Assembly (NCBI GenBank): GCA_977030845.1
Contig: OZ365109.1
Span: 43,276,001 to 43,340,000, forward strand
Source of the DNA: Fimbriosthenelais zetlandica
Lineage: Eukaryota
Direction of reading: 5' to 3'
Length of the DNA: 64,000 nt
Shown here: one piece after another, positions 35,419-48,200 of the stretch
How positions within the stretch are numbered: position 1 is the first letter of the stretch
Layout of the letters: the number at the start of each line of letters is the position of its first letter
The notes under the pieces: model-generated
Database searches by the model: none
Told to the model about the DNA's origin: nothing
What the model saw: the letters and a program-made list of their open reading frames with translations, nothing else
Program-made: the position numbers and the translations under genes

Positions 35419-35497
35419 TCCTATTTGGTCTAGAGGTAGAATACTCGCTTGGCATGTGAGAGGTCGCAGTGCGAGGGTTCAATTCTGTGTCTGGCAA
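35419..35497 (+). pseudogene. Degenerate tRNA-derived SINE head
   Basis: A-box-like TGGTCTAGAGG, ctcgc...gtgag stem, B-box-like GGGTTCAATTC. An insertion is present in the variable region. Confidence 0.45.
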
Positions 35498-36196
35498 CTT
35501 GATTTTCACTGCGCTCTGGATGATATATATTTTTATTATTTTAACATTTTGAAAACCCTATGGATATTAGTGTACCACATTGTTAATAGCCAGTGCATAC
35601 TAATGATTTTCACATAGTTTTTCTGAGACATCCCATTTTCCTTAATTTTTAAAGTGACATATTTGTATACCTTTTCCATAAATCATAACTTTCTCGAATC
35701 ATCTTTTTTTTTCTCAGACTTTCATAGCCCGTGGGAATCATCATTACAGGATGCAACCCGGCCCCTCTAGTCCCGTAATGAATACGGTGTTACTGAATTC
35801 TCTTTTCCTCTAATATGAATGTGCTGGCCTGCTAAAATGTAAACATGATTGTAATAATAGCAGCTGTACCACGACCTAAATTTGAAGTTATACACGGAAA
35901 GGTTTGTCTTACTTTGAGCAAGACCCTCAATTCCATTCCTCGGACAGCAAAGAATAAGGCCATGAAAAATAGTCTGAAGTCAATATGAACACCAAAAATA
36001 AAGTGCAACTTTCAAAGCAAACAATCTGGGCTGGGACAAGTTGACTGGCAAGTGATAAACATGTTATTTTTCGTGGCCTATTGCCATTCACTCTTGTGAC
36101 CAACCTCCCCGCTGACTTTTTGGACATAGCCATTTTTCCAGCCCGAAAAAACGGGCAGCTAAGTGAGAGTTTACTGTAGGACTACCAAAAATGAAA

Positions 36197-36270
36197 GTGA
36201 GCAACGGAGAATCGAACCCCGGTCGCTCGCGTTCCAGGCGAGTGTTTTACCACTAGTCTACTTGTCCCAC
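36197..36270 (-). pseudogene. tRNA-like element with a Gly-type body and GGA in the anticodon position (probably SINE head/pseudo-tRNA)
   Basis: Anticodon arm CTCGC-CTGGAAC-GCGAG and T arm CGGGG-TTCGATT-CTCCG both pair. D and acceptor stems are defective. A T5 run follows about 5 nt downstream. Confidence 0.55.
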
Positions 36271-36470
36271 GCAGTGTCATAGTTTCTCAGGTTTCCCATT
36301 ATGTAGGCCTACACTCTGCCGAGGGCAAGGCTGGATCACAATAAATATACCCCCGGACCCCTCCCAGTCCCATAGCCTCCACCCCAAACCGCACGTTTAA
36401 CCCTAGAGCTCCTACCAACGCCGTTCAAAAAACCCAGCCCAATTTGAAACGGCTAACCTGTCAAAATCGC

Positions 36471-38400
36471 TTGGAATAGCCCAATGTGCAGGTACTGCCC
36501 ATAGGCTCCAATGTTAAAAAATATTTAGCCCCCCGGACCCCTCTCCGGCCCCCAACCTCCATCCCCACTCCCATGTCTTCGCGCATGACCCCAACCAACT
36601 CTCTCCCAAAAATGCAGCCCGATTCTATGCTTCTAACCTGTCTAAATCCACTGAATTCAGCAAAAGTGTCCCTCTCATAGGCTCAATGTTAAAAATCACT
36701 CACGATTACATGGATGTGTGCTACAGAGCCGGTTTGCCAGTCCGCTATAATCGGCTTATTCTCTATCTAATACATATTATTTTCACTCAAGACCACGGTT
36801 ATGTACATACTATGTGACTTTTACCAATAAACCCCCAAAAAAGCGGAGACAAAAAAACGAGGATAACCCCGATTTCTGCGAAGTTGACAAATCGGCCGCG
36901 CGTATACAGGCCTATAATTTGGCCTTTTAAAAACCTTAACAGCGCCCTCTCACTAAAAGTCGAAAAAGTTGGATATCTTTGTAAATAATGGGTCTAAAAT
37001 TACAATTCAAACGGAATATTCTTAGTTGAAAGCACCTCCATGTATCTATGTAGTTTTTGTGGAACTAGAATTAATTTAAAATTTCGATTTTTGAAAATGG
37101 AGTAAATTTGAGGTGTATAGCATTGATCTCTATGGAGGGACCGAGCCAGCGCTACAGTGGCGACCCGAGATATATGCAGCGGCCAAAACGTGAACTACAC
37201 TACTATGATCTAGCCAGACCTCAGACCAAAGTACGTATGAGAAATGTTAGGATGAACGCCCGGGTAATGGTACCATGAACGCCCGGGTAAACAAATTTAG
37301 AATAAAGTAGATTAGTAAGCGAGATTTCCGTTACAGTTGTGGTAAATGGATCTTGCCGTCTTGGAAATGTATTGAATTTAGATGTAAATTTGGGCCATTT
37401 ACAAATGACTAAAATGTATTGATAGGGGCTCGTTTTTCGGGGGGTGGCAGTTAGGTTGTGGCTGGGTTTCAAAAATGAAGATTTAATTTAGGGGTGGCGG
37501 CCATCCCCCCAAAAAGAAAAAAGATAACAAATTTGGCCTTACAAATCCCGTCTCTGCCTTTTTGTATCCAGGTGTAGAGAGCGCTCAGCGTTGGCTAGAT
37601 CTTAACGGAGTAGGCCGAGGGCCTGTCTGTCCCAGTGAGGCCAGGAGGCGATCGAGGTTTCATTCAATGTAGCTCGCTCATAGCAGCGTAGTTCACCTTT
37701 TGGCCGCTCTCGGGTCGCCACTGTAGCGCTGGCTTGGTCCTTCCATAGAGATCAATGCTATGGACCTCAAATTTACTCCATTTTCAAAAATCGAAATTTT
37801 AAATTAATTTTAGTTCCACAAAAACTACATAGATACATGGAGGTCCTTTCAACTAAGAACATTCCATTTGAATTGTAATTTTAGACCCATTATTTACAAA
37901 GATATTCAACTTTTTCGACTTTTAGTGAGAGGGCGCTGTTAAGGTTTTTAAAAGGCCAAATTACAGGCCTGTATACGCGCGGCCGATTTGTCAACTTCGC
38001 GGAAATCGGGGTTATCCACGTTTTCCGTCTCCGCTTTTTTGGGGGTTTATTGGTAAAAGTCACATAATATACATAACCGTAGTCTTGAGTGAAAATAATA
38101 TGTATTAGATAGAGAATAAGCCGATTATAGCGGACTGGTAAACCGGCTCTGTAGCACACATCCATGTAATCGTGAGTGATTTTTAACACTGAGCCTATGG
38201 GAGGGACACTTTTGCTGAATCCAGTGGATTTAGGCAGGTTAGAAGCATAGAATCGGGCTGGATTTTTGGGAGAGTGTTGGTTGGGGTGCTGCGCGTAGAC
38301 ATGGGAGTGGGAGTGGATGTTGGGGGCCGGAGAGGGGTCCGGGGGGCTAAATATTTTTTAACATTGGACCATATCACCTTATGGGCAGTACCTATTCCAA
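36471..38400. mobile_element. Foldback-type long inverted repeat (arms of about 700 bp, spacer of about 490 bp)
   Basis: 36471-37198 is the reverse complement of 37688-38400 over its whole length (roughly 90% identical by eye). A tandem subrepeat of about 170 bp occurs on the left (36335-36690). No coding capacity. Confidence 0.9.
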
Positions 38401-39273
38401 TGCATTTACCTCTAGATACAAGCGGCCCAGCCAGTAACTACACGTTACAACTGGTTGAGTTTGGCGTTTTAACATGGGACAACTTCTGCTGTTTTCCAGT
38501 CAATATATAAACATCAGTAAAATCACCTGGTAATAATTTGAAAAGTTTTCGCCGATTTTGAAGTGTGTTCTTTGTGATCCAAAGAGGGGTTACAACAACT
38601 AAATGTGGCATTTAATTATAACTATTGACAAATTTCGCCGTATCAGAATTTCAAAATAATTAATGAAGCCAGAGTTCAGGGAAACTCCCAGCTAGCTCCA
38701 GATTTATTTTTTTAGATACCCACACATATTTCTACGTAATTTCTAATACTGGAGGACGATAGCCTCATAATTGTTCTACCCGAATAGAATACAACTGGAG
38801 GGCGATACACACATAAATGTTTTTTGACTATATCGTTTGGGCTATTGTGTAGGACTGAGGGCTAAGTCCTTTCCATTAGTTTTATTGGTGAGGGGATACA
38901 TATTCACGAGGTAGAGCTAGGTAGAACAAAGGGTAGAGCTATTGGTATGGTGGCCGAAAGGTAAACTAAACTATTAACATTTACATTTACAACTACATTC
39001 ATAACAAATGCGTTAAATAACAGGTGACGATGAGGCCATCTAGTGTTAAAGTCCAAACAGCAAACGACGATGGCACCATCTAGTCTTTTATAAATAACCG
39101 TCTGTCTTTTATGAATTAGAAGTCGGGATTTCTGAACCAAGAATAAGACTGTAAAATTCAAAGGACGCTTTATGCAGTTTTATTGTCCAATACTGACATT
39201 CAAAATTGGAATATGAAGGCAAATTCTCTAATAATAGTTTGGTTAAAATGTCTTATCCCAGTATAAAGTGCGA

Positions 39274-42200
39274 TCAGGTAGCGATCGACTGTTTGGGTAG
39301 TGTGGTAGATGTTATAATAGGCGGACTATCCTCTGTCACATCCGTCTCTTCTGACACCGCAAACAAAGTATCCATGGCACCCATCATCTCCATGAGATTC
39401 TTCATGAATTTCACCTCCCTGTTCACAGTCTCCTTCAGGCGTGACAGACAACTGTCAACTGTACTGCTTTCTCCTATTTGCTCAGAGTAGAGATCTGTAA
39501 CGAAGAGAATTTTGTTAATATTAATGGTATGGTACATGTGCAAAGAATATAAACGTGTAGGCTGTAGCCTGTGGGCCTATTTTTGGACTCTCAAGATTAC
39601 CAATGGGACTCTTTTCACGGTCTAAAATATCTTATATGAAATTACAGAAGCATAAACCAAAAGATAATACTCTTAGACATCGGATTTTTTTTCAAGATAA
39701 TTATGTACATTGTATTAATACTTCTCAAAACTGACTACCGGTATTTGCCCTTGAGGAAGGAGTGTGAATTGAAGGGGAACAGGAGAACCGCCACCCCCCT
39801 TATCCCTGTAGTAGTATTATAGGCGCTTCCATGTAGCACAATAAACAATAAGGTATAGAGATCAACCTGTGAAGGCAGGGTGAGTGATAAAGAAGTGTAC
39901 AGGAGGGTGGTATTTTATTCCGGGCCTCGTGTTGTCCTAGTACAGACTATGCTATCTGGTGTAGTCCTCAATAATAAGGATGAAAACCCGCCCCGGTATA
40001 ACGATCTTCCACATGGGCCCTCTGCCTTGCGTTTTTCTAAATATCCCTCCCGCTAGGGGGCTGAGTATAGGGCGAGATGGCGAGCCGTCTTCCGGCTTCA
40101 GCCCCCGCTCACGTTTCTATAAAGGGCACATTATACGGCCGCCAACATGACAGGAAAAACAAATGCAGGCAATGGAGACAAGGCCACTGTTGCGCCACTA
40201 AATAGAAGCTCCATGTATTTTTGGTCACCTTCCGATCTGGCTTCAATGATATCAGGAGCATAACGTAAACTGGGGGTTTGGTATTGTAGAGACGAGGTTT
40301 TTTTCTGCGCTTTTCTTATTTACTGGTAAATATGACTGGCTAATTCCACAGATCGTCTCCCAGCTTTACTGTGGGTAACAGCAACAAGGAAATACACTGG
40401 ATCCCAAAATACACAGATATCATTGTCCGGGTTCGACATTTACTCTATATTTGAAAATATATTCCCTTAGACCTTCTGCAAGTATCCAATGATATTAGGT
40501 GCATAAGAGAGGCTTTGTGTATAATGAAAATAACTTAACGAAAACTTATTGAAGATTTGTTAATTCCATTAGGAGACAATGACAAAAAGATCATGCTTAC
40601 CTAATAAAATACTGGACACGTCTAAGAGTGTTGTTATATAACGTGGATTTCTAAGGTTCCTGAAAGAAAAGATTTACATGAATGAATTGAGATCTCTTTT
40701 GAACTGTGGAAAATGATAAAAGATGGGAATATATAGCTTGAATCCACTAATTGATATGTACTCATAATCCATGTACATGTATCAGAATACATCAAGTTTT
40801 AAAAATTTGTGATTAAATAATTATTATAATAGTATCCACACCTAAGTGGAACCAGTGTGAAGAAGTGAGAAACTAATGGAAATGGTGCAATGGACCTATA
40901 GCGGCCAAGCGCCCAATTTTGATTATAAACAATTATTTTGTGTATGTTTTTTCAGAAATAACTTTGCACATGAAGGAGTGCAGTTACATTCATTTTCAGT
41001 GAAATCCCGTAAAAGCCCATGTCCCTTTAAATGTGGGTAGTGGATCTTACTTGTGAAGGAATGTGATGATGTTAATGAGTGAGCGTTCATCTCGTCCTGA
41101 TAATGACGCACGCAGTCCTCCCCTCCTGATCAGCTCCTGCATCACACTCACTGTCACCTCGGGTGAACGCATCCTGATCCGAATCTGAAAAATTAAGAAA
41201 ATATAAATATTTAAAAAAAAAAATTTATGTTGGTCTACACTTAAGATATTTTGTCGGAAAATATGGAATTTGATCTTCTGAATCTAACTGAACTTAAGCT
41301 ACCTGATATTCCCATTTATATAGTTTAGAAAGAAGCTGGATTTTATTAATCATAAGATTAAATTAAATAAGGGTGGCATCTGGGTGGAAAAAAAACAAAA
41401 AGTTGCATTGCAACGTTAGGGCGTAGCGTAGACATGAGTGACAGTCCCATTACTAATATTACGTTGGAATTTCAATTCTCAATGACAGGATGTTTTATAT
41501 TATGGAAAACAAAATCAATGTGTTCATCATAGTTTAGTTTCTCCCTTATATGCGTCCTGTGATCTTTTATGATCATCTTGTAGTTACCATTTGTTCTCTA
41601 AGAGCTCCAATAGAGCTGAGGGGAGGGACAACCTTGAGCTGGGCCAGTCAGTAATTAAAACAACACTAATGAGGTAGGTGCCCTCCAGGTTCACCTTTTA
41701 ATTACTTGCAAGTAAACGGATGGGGGACATCCCGGGTGCAGGTACGATTGCCTTTCATTCAGAGCCATATAATCTGTCATACCAGATACGGCCAACCGAA
41801 TAAATCATTCTTCTTTAAATGACGCAAATTGGAAAAACAATTTGAAATCTTTGATGAAGTTATAAGAGCATACTTACATCCATGGCCGCGTCCAGCGCTT
41901 TGCTGTATTCAAATCGTTTAAAGTATCTATCATATTTCTCAAGTTCCTCCTTTCTTTTGAGCTCCACCACAAAGTCCTCCTGTAAACCACAATGATAAGA
42001 TACATTAGGATATAACCAAGTGCTCCCCAATTCTGTATCATTTATAAATATGTGTATTAAAACAAATTATTCAAATCGGAGTAGTAAAAGAAGAATGCCA
42101 TCATTGAATGCCATCTTTACGAAATTGTCAGTTATGAATCTCAGATAAAATACATTCTGGTGAAAAATTTATACAAATATGAAGTTGAGCTAGGAAAAAA

Positions 42201-45200
42201 CATAAACCCACCTTAGATGGTTCGCGCACCTTCCCTGCTACCCTATAGCGATAGGAGGGCCGCTTTTTAAGTTGTTTTTTCTCCATTTCTAATTTAGCTG
42301 CTTCTTCTGGGGACTTTCTGTTTTGTATTGACAACAGTCCGTCCACCATTCCTACAACCACTGAACTGTCGTCAGGCTGGTAAGAAATATAACACATAAA
42401 TTATCGAGTGTTGGATCTCAAAACGTGTGCATTAATATCTTCAAAATTAATGAAAATTTAGAATAAAGCCGCGACTCCACTGCTGCGATTTTGCTTGTGA
42501 CACGACTGCGACAAAGTAGATGCTTGTGCTCCACTGATACATTTTTCACTGCATCACCTTTGTCGCAGTAGTGTTGCCAGCAAAATCAGTAGTGGAGTCG
42601 TAGCTTAACAGTAAGTACTGTAATTTAATGTGAAACTTACAGCTATGCCAACACTGAGGATAGCAGACGGATAATCCATGGTGTGAACAACTTGGTAGTT
42701 GGTGATATCATATATTTTCAAATGCCTTGAAAAGAAAAGAGAAATTGGTCTTATAGAGTTTGAGCTGCACATCTGAGCGATACTCATAATGAAATGGAAT
42801 CGGATAAAAAAATTTATTCCTAAATGAAATATAGGATTAACCAAAAACCTAACCAGGCATAAAGAGGTCAGTATAGGTTATTTTACTGAGTAATAGGCCC
42901 ATAGAACAAACAAATACATGAGATATGTATAATTATGGGTGGACAGGAGTGAGAGGAGATGTTGGGTGGTTGAGAGTTATCTTTACCTGTCGAGGGATCC
43001 AGACACGAGACGCTGGTATCTGGAGCAGAAGCACATGCAGGTAATTGTTTTGTGGTGGTTGCCGAAGGTGGTGAGTAATTTACCGCCAGCTAAGGCATCC
43101 CATACCTTGATGACTGGTCCTCCTGGATAGAAACATTAGAGATACATTATAGTGAGATGAAGAGGTCAACCATATTTATCACTAATGCAGGCCTCAGAGT
43201 ACCACTCTTCCTAAATATGGGGTTTTAAATAGGTTTTAAAGATGAACATATAGGTTCTTAACGGTTTTTAAGTGCCCAAATTTAGGTTTTTATAGGTCTA
43301 TATAAGGTCCAGTTTTACAGTTTTTGCTGGGGCTTGTTGTAAATGTACTTATCTTGAGACAAAATATTTAATATGGTACCGGTATCAGGCACACTAACCG
43401 AAACCCTTAAGATGGGAAGGAGAGCTTTCTTCAAATTTTTAGCCCTGGTTTCAACTTCAATTATATTAAAGAAATAAAATGCGAAAGGAAACCAAGAATG
43501 TTATATTACTGGGACTGAAAAAAACTGCTCCAGGCCACAAGGAAACCATTTGGGTTTATGAATATTTGCAGTTAGTGGGCTCAACAGAGCAGCTTCTTAA
43601 CACAACACATTAAACTAAAAACGATAGACCACTGGGCCATCTGTGAATACCAGAGGAGGAAAAAGGCGACAACAGAGTTCTCCTCCTCTGATCTGAAGTG
43701 AACATGATTGCCAGTTAGATGATGACATATTTCATTTCACACAATCGATCTTTTTTCTTCTAGGAATGTATTACAGATCATCCATCTTTCACTCTTCTCA
43801 GGCCAAGTTGTGTTGAATGTTTTCTGTGTTTTTTTTTCATCATTTCACAACTCTCGAGTTTTACCTTCACGTCCCTTAATCATTGTGGGTATGTTTATAG
43901 GACGCTGACACGGTGATGTGTGCGCATGTGTGGAGGAGGTTAATGATGGACTGAGCAAGTTATGCTGTATGAGTGAGTGGTAGGGGTCGGGGGGGGGGGG
44001 GGTGGCGGGGGGGTTGGGGTGAGTGAGAGAGTGAGGGAGAGTGAGTGAGTGGGTGAGTGAGTGAGGGGGGTTGGGGTGAGTGAGTGAAGTGGGGGGGGGG
44101 GGGTGGGGGGTGAGTGAGGGAGAGAAAGAAAGAGAGAGAATTGGGCTGAGGGAGAGGGAGGGGGTGAGTGAGTGATTGAGAGAGTGAGTGAATGAGGGAG
44201 GTGAGTGATTGAAAGAGGGTTGTGGGTGTGTGAGTGAGTGAGGGATTGAGTGGGTGAGGGAGGGGGTGAGTGAGTGAGTGAGTAGGAAGCAAGCATATTA
44301 TTTTATCAAGGAAAAGTGGACAACTTTATTTTTCTCCACCTCAATCCATGTCTATCCCATCCCACATTATTAGAACATTCCCCATGAGATTAGCTGGCAG
44401 AGCCGCCCAATAAAAACCACATGTTATAACTGTATAAAAGTTGCATGGAATATTTAGAGCGAATAGCTAACAGGCCAGGAAATGGAGAGAGGGTCTCTGA
44501 GTATTCATCAGAGAAGGAGAAAGTGGAGTAAGGAAGGGGATGAAGAGAGAGGGAGTGAGAGAAGAGAGGGAGAGAGAGGAATGGAAAGAGGGAGGAGAGA
44601 GAGAGCGAGAGAATGAAAGGAAAGAATAGCATGGAAAGAAACAGAATGGTGGGGAAAAGAGAAGTCAGAGGACGTGAGTGAGTGAGAGAAACAGTGACTC
44701 TGGGAGAGAAGCATTGGGAGCGAGAAGGGAAGCGAAGAAAGAATCGAGGGACGCTCAACCATTCCCCATACATTAGATAACCCCAACACTCCTTCCAGTC
44801 CCCTTCCAATCATTTAATGTTCCTCTAAATTCAATCTAAAACTATTAAAAAAGTGTGTACTGAGAAGTAAGTAACATTACTATAAAGTGCACATTCAACA
44901 GTTTTCATCCAAAGGGCATTTAGTATATGAATATGAAGCACGTTCAAACACGATGTCAGTTCTCGCTATTCCATTAAGGATCCCTCTACTCGGCTCGTTG
45001 TTTGTTTGTATAGTACATTGAGCTACTCGACCTGAGATCGAGCAACACAACCATTACATGCAAACTCTCCCTCCGCTTCCTCCTTCATTCGAGCTGAAAT
45101 CCTACTGTCACAAAATCATTTACAATTTTGTCTTTCTCTCTTATTTAGTCTATTACTTTTGAAAATAATTCTACGAAGCTGCCATGAACTTTAAATCAAA

Positions 45201-48200
45201 AATATATTTCTTAGAATACCCAGAAACAATATCTAAATATTCAGCAACTACCCATTCCCATTTTTCTAAATGCTTTTCGAAATGAATAACTGATATCATG
45301 ACACAAATATTGACAGAATATCTTAATTACATGGCTGGATGAACAGAAGCTCAACTATGACATGATCCCTGATTAGAAGCAAATGAGACACTAACAATAC
45401 TAATTGCCAATTACCGCGGCAATATAAAGAAAGAATTGAATGATTGTGATAATCAGAAGTCGGGATACCAGCGTTGCAAAATACAACGCCTACATATAAT
45501 AGTCTGAAAGGAATCTAATTTATTTAGTGTTAATTAAATTCATATTCCATTGTCCTCATCAGCCGATAGCGCTGCATTGATTAGATTAGTCTTGCATAAT
45601 CATAATGCTTTCTTGCATAATTAGTCAATTCCTCATGATTTCATTCCCAGTATTGTTTTAGTGACTGTATAAATAAGGCCCGTCCACGCAAAGGTGTAAA
45701 CGTAGTCATGTAATAGGAACGTATGCATGGATAGGAACAAAGGACATTACGTCTTTGATAATTGCCACCGATATACATAATGCCTTGAGTCACTTTTCCG
45801 CTTGATGCAATGGATCTGTATGAATGCTTTAATATAGGTACAAAGAAATGACACTTCATTTATAAATTAGAATCCACATTATTAGATCATGAAACAGTTC
45901 TAAACGGTATTAGTTTTTTTAGTTTTGGGCATATTTTGTTTAAAAAAAGCTTTGGATCTTAAGATTATTCATAGGATTAAGAAGTCATATGAAGACCCCA
46001 ACATGTGCACATGACAGGGATGTTAACATAACGATGATACAGCAGGGTTTTTTTTATCATTTCTGTGAAGGCCTATCTGTCTCTCAGTGTTAAATCTGTG
46101 GGAGAGAGGTTAAATCCACTCTAAGACTACTAGCTTGGAGTCAATTTCTGTCTCTATTTCTTGAGAGGGCAGAGGAATTCCAGTGGGTCTTCATCATCAT
46201 CCACTCACTGCCCCCGGGGCTGGGAGTCGGTGAACTTATCTGGAATGATTTATCATTGCTTAAATAAGAGATCTAATCGAGGGGTGGAGAGGGAGAGGAG
46301 AGTGAGAGAGAGAGGGTCAGAGAGAGAAAGGGGATAGAGAATGAGGAAAGAATAGACATGGCCAAAGGGAATAGAGGAAAATGTATAGGAAACTATAGTA
46401 AAAGAACAGAGGCGATAAATGAGAAGATAAAGAGAAAGAGATAAGGAAGAGGAAGGAAGGAGGGGCTACCTTATAATGTCCCATGTTAACTCTCAACATG
46501 TTGATATTGCCCTCTGAGGCCGAAGCCAAGCTGGGCCAGGAATGAACCCGCTGGGAACATCTGATACCAACTGATACCAACCCGAGGAGGAGGGCCGAGT
46601 GACATATCCCACTCTATTAAAGGCACTCCCCATCCATCCCACTCATACACGCTGCATCACTGATGGAGCAATGGTGCAAGAGCATTTGGCACAATAAATG
46701 CCTCTCCCTAACTCACTCACTCCTCCTATACAAAGACATAATGTTATGGGCTACCACATGATGCCATAACCAATAGAACCTTATCAAAGCCTAACTCCAA
46801 GATCATCTCTTTTTTCTACATTTTTAATCATTTTTCCATAAGGCCTTGTTAAGTACATGAGGGATAGGTTACAGGCCTAAGAGGCGGGGGCAAAAATGTC
46901 GTTAATAAATAGCTTTGATATGATACAGCAGCGTTCATGTTTTTCGCCCCATGCGGCGTCCATCTCTTGTGACGCAGCATGACTGCCTTTACCAACGTAA
47001 ATAGTCAATTATAGCATGCTGCTGAAACACCCCACCCCGCGCCATGCAAGAGAACATTATTACATGTGAACAAAACACGTATCATTACTAAGGGAGATCG
47101 AGACATATGGTACGGAGTGTAACAGTTGTACCTGGCAGATTACGCCCGCCGATAGGGGGTCCCTGGACCTGCGTCCATTACATGTTGAGATTTGAATTTC
47201 TCTCTCTCTCCCTTACCCAGATGGATTGAGGGAAAGGGGGATGAGGAAGGGGGCCATCATTTTTCGCAACTTGCTTAGCTTGCCCCGGGGTCGGCGCCTT
47301 GTGATTCATTTTCTTTTCTCGGTGGGTTATGAAATATCACACTGATGACATATTTTAGAGTTAGCTAAAGAGATAACGGTCAGAGGGGATGTAAAATGGT
47401 GTCTCAAAGAGTTGTTGTTAAAAGGGAAAATTCCGAAGACAGAGTTAGGCACATGATGGGAGTGTTAAGTGACTGGGCAAGTGACAGAAGCAGGAGGTCC
47501 GTAGTTTTTATCCTGATCATCGACGGATAGCCAGAAAAGAGATAAACGTAGATACGTTTTATTTTCTCAATGGCATAGTATATTTCATGGAGATCAAAAT
47601 AACATAATTTTATACAAAAAGTGTGGCTGTCTTTTCTCTATATTTCAACAAATCTCCTGGAGATATATCAAGAATAGAACCCATAGCAGGACATTAGCTA
47701 AAGGCATAAAGTAGAAAATAAGGCATAATAAGAAAGTAGGCCTACAAGAAAAATTATTTACAAATGCGGGGTGGTTGGCGGGGAGGGGGGCAAAGCAGGA
47801 CCGTTTTTATGAGGGCTGACACCTAACAGGCTTTCCTGGCTCGGCCCTCTGATCAATCTGATTACAGTCTGACTCAATGATGAGATGAAATAGAATGGTA
47901 TTCAATACAAACCTGCGGAGATGAAGATTCCGCCAGAGGGCATGATAAGTACGCTCTCTACCGGGTGGCCGTGGTTGAGAGACAAGGTACTCTTAGGGCA
48001 GCGCGCATCAAACATCTTCAATGTGTGGTCATACGAACCTGGGAAAGAAACAAAATTATTTTTATATCATATTCACTTTTCTTTCATTTTCATATTATGC
48101 CATTTTCATGAAGGCCCCAATAATATAATAGGTGTTATTAAGTCAAAAATATGCCATTTCATCAAAGCCATAAAAGAAATCGGACAGTCCTGGCAACCCT

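Larger units (their letters stand above)
34567..36176. mobile_element. Non-autonomous Tc1/mariner-superfamily (pogo/Tigger-like) element of about 1.6 kb
   Basis: Perfect 32-bp TIRs CAGTAAACTCTCACTTAGCTGCCCGTTTTTTC with TA on both sides (34565-66, 36177-78). Weaker subterminal similarity (gaatggcaataggc). No transposase ORF. Confidence 0.85.

Noticed and set aside
36335-36690. Tandem units as a CRISPR-like array
   Set aside because: Diverged eukaryotic subterminal repeats of about 170 bp with no repeat-spacer structure and no cas genes.
43940-44813. Pro/Ser/His/Leu-rich ORFs
   Set aside because: Translations of microsatellite and low-complexity DNA.
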